DNA of 61,620 nucleotides from Candidatus Rifleibacteriota bacterium (GTDB lineage Bacteria; Muiribacteriota; Ozemobacteria; Ozemobacterales; Ozemobacteraceae): NCBI GenBank assembly GCA_051747585.1, contig JBNJGH010000006.1, positions 1 to 61,620 of the forward strand, read 5' to 3'. Shown piece by piece: positions 56,714 to 61,620 of this stretch (position 1 is its first letter; each line of letters starts with the position of its first letter). The notes under the pieces were generated by a model. It saw only the letters and a program-made list of their open reading frames with translations, ran no database searches and was not told where the DNA came from. The position numbers and the translations under genes were made by a program.

Positions 56714-58119
56714 CAGTCTTTCGGCAATCCGGCTATCTCTTTTTCTTTGGTGCTGGAACTATTTATTTCGCTGATAAAGAGTTCAAAGTTTTTATCAACA
56801 AAATTGGTCGAAAAATTGCCGGACTTAAAATCAGGATGTTTCATTACATGAAGGTGGAAAGGAATAGTGGTTTCAATTCCTTTGATTTCGTATTCGCGCA
56901 AAGCAGTATTCATTCTTTCAATTGCTTCATTTCGGTCTCTTCCCCATACGATGAGCTTTGCCACCATTGAATCATAATTGGAACTAACCAGATAATTTTC
57001 ATATGCGGCAGAATCAACTCTTACCCAGGGACCACCGGGAACAAGATATTTTTCTATTCTACCGGGACAGGGAATAAAAGACATCGAAGGATCTTCGGCA
57101 TTGATACGACATTCAATGGACCACCCCTGTGGCTTCACAATTCTTTCTTCGACCGGCAATTCTTCTCCGGCTGCTGCTCTAATTTGCAACTCCACCAGGT
57201 CGTAATTACTTACCATTTCAGTAACCGGATGCTCAACCTGAAGTCTTGTATTCATCTCCATAAAAAAGAAATTCCCGTCACTGTCGAGCAAGAATTCAAT
57301 AGTTCCTGCATTACGATAATTAATCGACTCTGCAGCTTTTATGGCCGTTTCAGACATTTTGCGTCTCAATTCAGGAGATACTGCAGGCGAAGGAGACTCT
57401 TCAATCAACTTCTGGTGACGCCGCTGAATAGAGCATTCGCGCTCACCCAGAGCCACAACCTTGCCATGATTGTCAGCAATAATCTGAACTTCAACGTGGC
57501 GAGGATTTTTCATATATTTTTCAACATAGACACGTTTATCACCAAAAGAAGCCTCAGCTTCGCCCTGAGCCATATTAAACATGTTAGAAAAATCTTCTTC
57601 TTTTTCGACCAGGCGCATGCCCTTACCACCGCCACCGGAGGTAGCTTTAATCAGAACCGGGAAACCTACTTCTCTAGCTATTACAATGCCCTCTTCGACA
57701 GTTTCAACACTGCTCTGAGAGCCAGGCATAACTGGAACCCCAGATTTTATCATAAGTTCACGAGCAACGGACTTTTGCCCCATGCGCTCTATGGCTCTAT
57801 GTTCCGGGCCTATAAAAACAAAGCCACATTTTTCGCTGATTTCTGCAAAACTTGGATTTTCTGACAAAAAACCATATCCGGGATGAATAGCCTGGCAATT
57901 GGTTGCATGAGCAACCGAAAGAATATTGGGAATATTAAGATAAGAAAGGTCAGGTCTTGCAGGCCCAATGCAGTAAGCTTCATCGGCAAGTTTCACATGC
58001 AAAGCACTTTGATCTGCTTCTGAATAAATCGCTACTGTTGCGATTCCCATTCTTTTACAGGTTCTGATTATTCTTACGGCGATTTCACCGCGATTGGCAA
58101 CTAAAATTTTAGAAAACAT
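56713..58119 (-). CDS. accC: Biotin carboxylase
   Basis: ANRGEIA, HPGYGFLSEN, GGGGKGM, ERECSIQRRHQK, EMNTRLQVEHPVTE, RINAEDP; ATG 58119 with GGAG RBS. Confidence 0.95.
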   Translation of the reverse strand: MFSKILVANRGEIAVRIIRTCKRMGIATVAIYSEADQSALHVKLADEAYCIGPARPDLSYLNIPNILSVAHATNCQAIHPGYGFLSENPSFAEISEKCGFVFIGPEHRAIERMGQKSVARELMIKSGVPVMPGSQSSVETVEEGIVIAREVGFPVLIKATSGGGGKGMRLVEKEEDFSNMFNMAQGEAEASFGDKRVYVEKYMKNPRHVEVQIIADNHGKVVALGERECSIQRRHQKLIEESPSPAVSPELRRKMSETAIKAAESINYRNAGTIEFLLDSDGNFFFMEMNTRLQVEHPVTEMVSNYDLVELQIRAAAGEELPVEERIVKPQGWSIECRINAEDPSMSFIPCPGRIEKYLVPGGPWVRVDSAAYENYLVSSNYDSMVAKLIVWGRDRNEAIERMNTALREYEIKGIETTIPFHLHVMKHPDFKSGNFSTNFVDKNFELFISEINSSSTKEKEIAGLPKD

Positions 58120-58152
58120 CTGCTTCTCCAGTTCAAATAATTCTTGCAATTA

Positions 58153-58560
58153 TTAATCGATTTCTACTTCAAAAAGAAGCTTGCCGTAATCAACAACATC
58201 TCCATCCTGAATGTTAATTCTGGCCACAGTTCCATTGACCGAACATTTGATCTTGTCCTGAAAGCTTATACCGTTGACTGTTCCAAGAATTTCGCCTTTT
58301 TTTATCTTGTCACCGTTATTCAACGATTTGTCTCCAGAACTAAACGTACCAACCTTATCAGATCGAATTTCGATAAAAGTTCTATCCGGGCCAGTTAGCT
58401 CTTCGGTTTCGATATCGGCAACAGCGACAGGCTCTTCAGCCATAAATTGCCGATCAAGTTTAATTTTAAGTCTCTGCTTTTTTCCAAGCTCAAGTTCGAG
58501 TTCTTCAAAATCATTAGCTTCCATGGCCTCATAAAGCCTGCGCATCTGATTAACTTCCAT
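58153..58560 (-). CDS. Biotin carboxyl carrier protein (AccB)-like protein lacking the biotinylation motif
   Basis: AccB-like N-terminus (ELEL) and biotinyl-fold pattern (I.S..VGTF...GD.IKKG.IL...G.V..I....G..V.YG..LF), but NGISF replaces EAMKM. Start ATG 58560. Confidence 0.8.
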   Translation of the reverse strand: MEVNQMRRLYEAMEANDFEELELELGKKQRLKIKLDRQFMAEEPVAVADIETEELTGPDRTFIEIRSDKVGTFSSGDKSLNNGDKIKKGEILGTVNGISFQDKIKCSVNGTVARINIQDGDVVDYGKLLFEVEID

Positions 58561-58631
58561 TGTATACCCTCTGGGGAAAGAATTTCGGTGACTAATCCTA
58601 CCATACAGTCCCATGGGATTCAATACAGATT

Positions 58632-58669
58632 CTGTTCCCAAAAATAGCAACGCTATTTTTGGGAATGAC
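58632..58669. repeat. Perfect 14-bp inverted repeat; probable degenerate member of the GTCAT-hairpin REP family
   Basis: TTCCCAAAAATAGC-AAC-GCTATTTTTGGGAA; the minus strand reads GTCATTCCC...GGGAACAG. Confidence 0.6.
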
Positions 58670-58814
58670 TTTTGATATTGAAAATTACTTTTAAGTAAGT
58701 GTAAGGTGAATCAAGATATCTATAATAAATACAATGAGAGTGAAAATTAAACTTAATAATCGATCAAAGAAATTTAGATATTCTTTAATCTGTTAAGAAG
58801 GCAGGAAATTATAA

Positions 58815-61620
58815 GTGTTTTTCTTCATAAAAATTCATCGTGAATTCATTTTTTTCTTTTTAGTTTTTTTCTAATTAGCCCTTTGTGTGCGCAAATAGCC
58901 ACTGATTCAATATCAGAATTCTCACAGAGTTGTTCTGCATCAGAATCTTCTTTATCGAGGTTATCGCCATCTAAAAACGTGTATTCGCCTGGTGGTATTC
59001 AATCCTATTTAATGTATGATCCTCTAAACGGTTCTACTTTTGGTGCTCCAAACATTCCTGGTTATGCTGCAGGCTTTTTGCATGACGGGGCTGTTTTTGG
59101 CGGCGCACAGAACTATCTTCGATATAGTGTTGGCACACAGATTCCAACTTCTGGTGCCATTCAATTTTTTATTCAAACTCCTGGTTTTCAAGAAGCCTAC
59201 CAGTCAAACTTTATATTCACCCAACCAGGTTATGGCGGCGCTACCAGAGGAGATATCACTTTAAGCATTAGGGGGGATAATAGCCTCTATTTCGGGCAAT
59301 GGCCCGGTTACGGGCACGGTTGGTGGAACGCCTTGCGAAGTCCGTTGCCTTTGAACCAATGGGTCAAAATAACTGCGGTTTATGGCGTTTTTGGCATGTA
59401 TCTTTATGTTGATGATCAATTGATGGCAACGGATTTATCCAGGCGAATACCTCTATCTTCCAGACCTTTTTATTTTGGCACTACGAGGTTTTGGGGCCCG
59501 GAAGTTGCTTTTTCTGGGAAATTGGATGAAATCACCACCTTTGCAAGTCCTCTGGTTAAAATAATGTCTCCTGCATCGGGCACGGTTTTTATGTCAGATG
59601 ATGAAATATCATTTTTAGGTTCTGGCTTAGGCCTTAACTGGTACTGTCAGGGTGTTCCCATTGGGTCTGGAAATCTTGTCAAGACCACTTTAACTCCAGG
59701 AGAGCATACTATAACCGTTTCAGGTCAAGATGCTATTGGTGGTTCTGGTGAGGACAGTATAACCGTGGTTGTCCAAAGCTCAATAGAAGTTACTTCCATT
59801 AGTGCAAATCCTTCGACATTATGGCTTGACGATAGTGGTGCTGGTTCTGGTATTGTGTTTCGAGCAACCACTAGCGCAATCAGTTCTGTTAATTTCAGGA
59901 TTCAAACGCCTTCCGGTTCAATTATCCCGATTGGCGTGAGTTCTGCGATTCAGGATGGCTCTGAATATGTTGCAAAACTTTCCTGGTGGGATCAATCCGA
60001 TCTGGAAGAAGGCACCTATACCGTTATTGCTGAAGCCGGTTCAAGCAGCAAAACCTCTACCTTTGAAGTTAAACATGTAGCCGTAAGTCTGGTCGGTCTC
60101 GGCAAATGGATGAAAAACAGCAAAGACCCTTCGGCTGTATTACCGCCTTTCGCCCAGGCAGAAGTCTGTCCATTAGTCCCATGGGAAGAAATGCTTTCGC
60201 TCCCCCAAGGCTATTTTTCATCATTAGCCGTTGGTGACCCAGTTAGCACTTCATCAGGCAATTTTAATCTGCCGGAAGTTGATTTCACAATCAAAGACAG
60301 TAGATCATTTGCTATTGCTCGAATCTATAACTCGCTTGATCCTAAAATAAGCCTATTTGGTCGAGGTTGGTCATCACCTTTGTTTGTAAATCTTGAAATC
60401 GCAGAAAACTACGTGATTTTCACCAATTCCGACGGTTCCAGGCTCCTTTTCAATATAGAAGGCAATAACTATACTCCAGCGTCACCAACGGATCTTAAAC
60501 TTGAATTCAATCCGAACACTGAATTTTATACCCTTTCTCACCCAACCGGCACCAACTGGATTTTCAACAACAATGGCCAGATTGTTCAGATGCTTCGCTC
60601 CTGTTGTGGTCAGGGCGCTTCAGATGCAATAATCTTTTCGTATGATAGCTCTGGAAAACTTGTGTCAGTAGCAACCCCATCAGGTAAAAGCATAACCCTG
60701 GCTTATAATGCTGAAAACCTGATTACAGCCATTACCGATTCAACGGGCAGAATATTCAACTATTCTTATGACGACGACAAGAACCTTGTTTCATTCAAAG
60801 ATCCGTTAATTAGAGAAACAACTTATTCTTACGATAAATTCGGGTTCATGACCGGCTATACCAAGCCTGGCAACAAGATCACGGAAATCACATATGCCGA
60901 AAATCGTGTAACAAAAATAAAAGATCCGACCGGTGCCCAAAGCTCATTTAACTGGGATTTGGAAAACAATAAGCTTACGTTGACTGATTTTGCCGGCACG
61001 GTGCATGCATACAATTTTGACGAAGATTGGCGCATCTCTTCATATGCCGTGCCCGCAATTAATCTAAATAAAACATTTACCGCCACAAATGGCCGCTTGA
61101 CCGCTCAAACCGATAGTCTGGGGCATGTTAACGGTTATGTTTATTACGAAAACGGTTTTTATTCTTCGCATACAGATAAACTTGGTAACGTAACTACCTT
61201 CGAATGGCACCCCGACTTGCATAAACTTACCCGTAAAACCGATGCTCTCGGGCGGAAATGGTCCTATGAATGGTGCACACGCGGCAACCTTATAAAAAAA
61301 GTCGACCCGGCCGGTAATGAAACTACCTATACTTACGATGCTCACAATAACCGAACTTCCAAAACCGACCCTCTGGGGCATACCACCAGATATATCTACG
61401 ACTCTACCGGCAACTACCTGCTTCAGACCATCGATGCCATGGGCGGCGTATCGAGCTTTACCTATGATGCCCGTGGAAATCTTCTAACTTCGACCGATCA
61501 GCTTGGCAGAACTACAACTTTCGAGTATGACAACAGCAACTGGCTGACTAAGGTGGTTTACCCGAATGCTGATGTTGTAACTTATGCTTACAACGCTGCA
61601 GGTGACCGAATTAGTGAACA
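58815..61620 (+). CDS. RHS/YD-repeat protein (LamG-like + Ig-like + DUF6531-like + YD repeats); truncated by window end, start ambiguous or frameshifted
   Basis: Not in ORF track. I translated a stop-free frame from 58844 to 61620: LNQWVKITAVY...YLYVDD...FSGKLDEI, GDPVSTSSGNF...ARIYNS...FGRGWS, and many YD-type repeats (TTYTYDAHNNRTSKTDPLG). In-frame starts are TTG 58883 and ATG 59012; GTG 58815 is out of frame. Confidence 0.88.

Noticed and set aside
58632-58669. 14-bp palindrome as a BirA/FapR-type operator for the acc genes
   Set aside because: It cannot be excluded, but its GTCATTCC flank matches the REP-like family at 10812-10959, and I recognise no operator consensus.
59040-61381. Track ORFs 59040-59264, 60856-61086 and 61064-61381
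   Set aside because: They lie within the long open RHS frame, which explains the region.
1-61620. tRNA, rRNA, riboswitch, prophage or IS transposase
   Set aside because: None recognisable by eye in the intergenic regions or ORFs; an Infernal/Rfam scan would be needed to exclude small RNAs.

Overview
AT-rich bacterial chromosomal window, mostly housekeeping and signalling genes. I found no rRNA, tRNA, CRISPR array, integrase or transposase. The large pilin-like secreted proteins and CPxGGxY...CxxHG proteins resemble those I associate with Candidatus Riflebacteria; this is an unverified inference. In order, the window holds: type IV pilin/PilX-like genes (1-2969); a PhnD-like lipoprotein with a HAMP-GAF-GGDEF cyclase and dusB; a cNMP-binding/MCP-tip fusion; a divergent Hfq; PBP1A, folC and namZ; a 3xSH3-NlpC/P60(CHAP-like) hydrolase followed by two secreted beta-propeller-like genes; a four-gene signalling block (cNMP-CpaE/MinD ATPase converging on PP2C, a Ser/Thr kinase and an FHA-CpaE/MinD ATPase); degP; uxs-hpt-MBL hydrolase; buk-ptb-PocR-amidohydrolase; DsbA-NUDIX-ABC-sigma70, the sigma carrying two 7-Cys repeats; a secreted protein-arginine deiminase; hbd-ackA; an FGE-domain protein; a Tat-signal AmmeMemoRadiSam enzyme; a K+ channel; LysM/SNF2(YqhH)/YqhG genes; an accB-like/accC/xseAB/MEP-pathway operon; and the start of an RHS/YD protein that the ORF track misses. 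The most notable items are the paired sensor-fused CpaE/MinD ATPases with kinase and phosphatase (three of the four proteins end in MinD-like membrane-targeting tails), the Cys-repeat sigma factor, a BCCP homologue lacking the biotinylated Lys, four copies of a MITE-like element containing nested hairpins, and an RHS gene whose signal peptide is split by a -1 frameshift in a poly-T tract.
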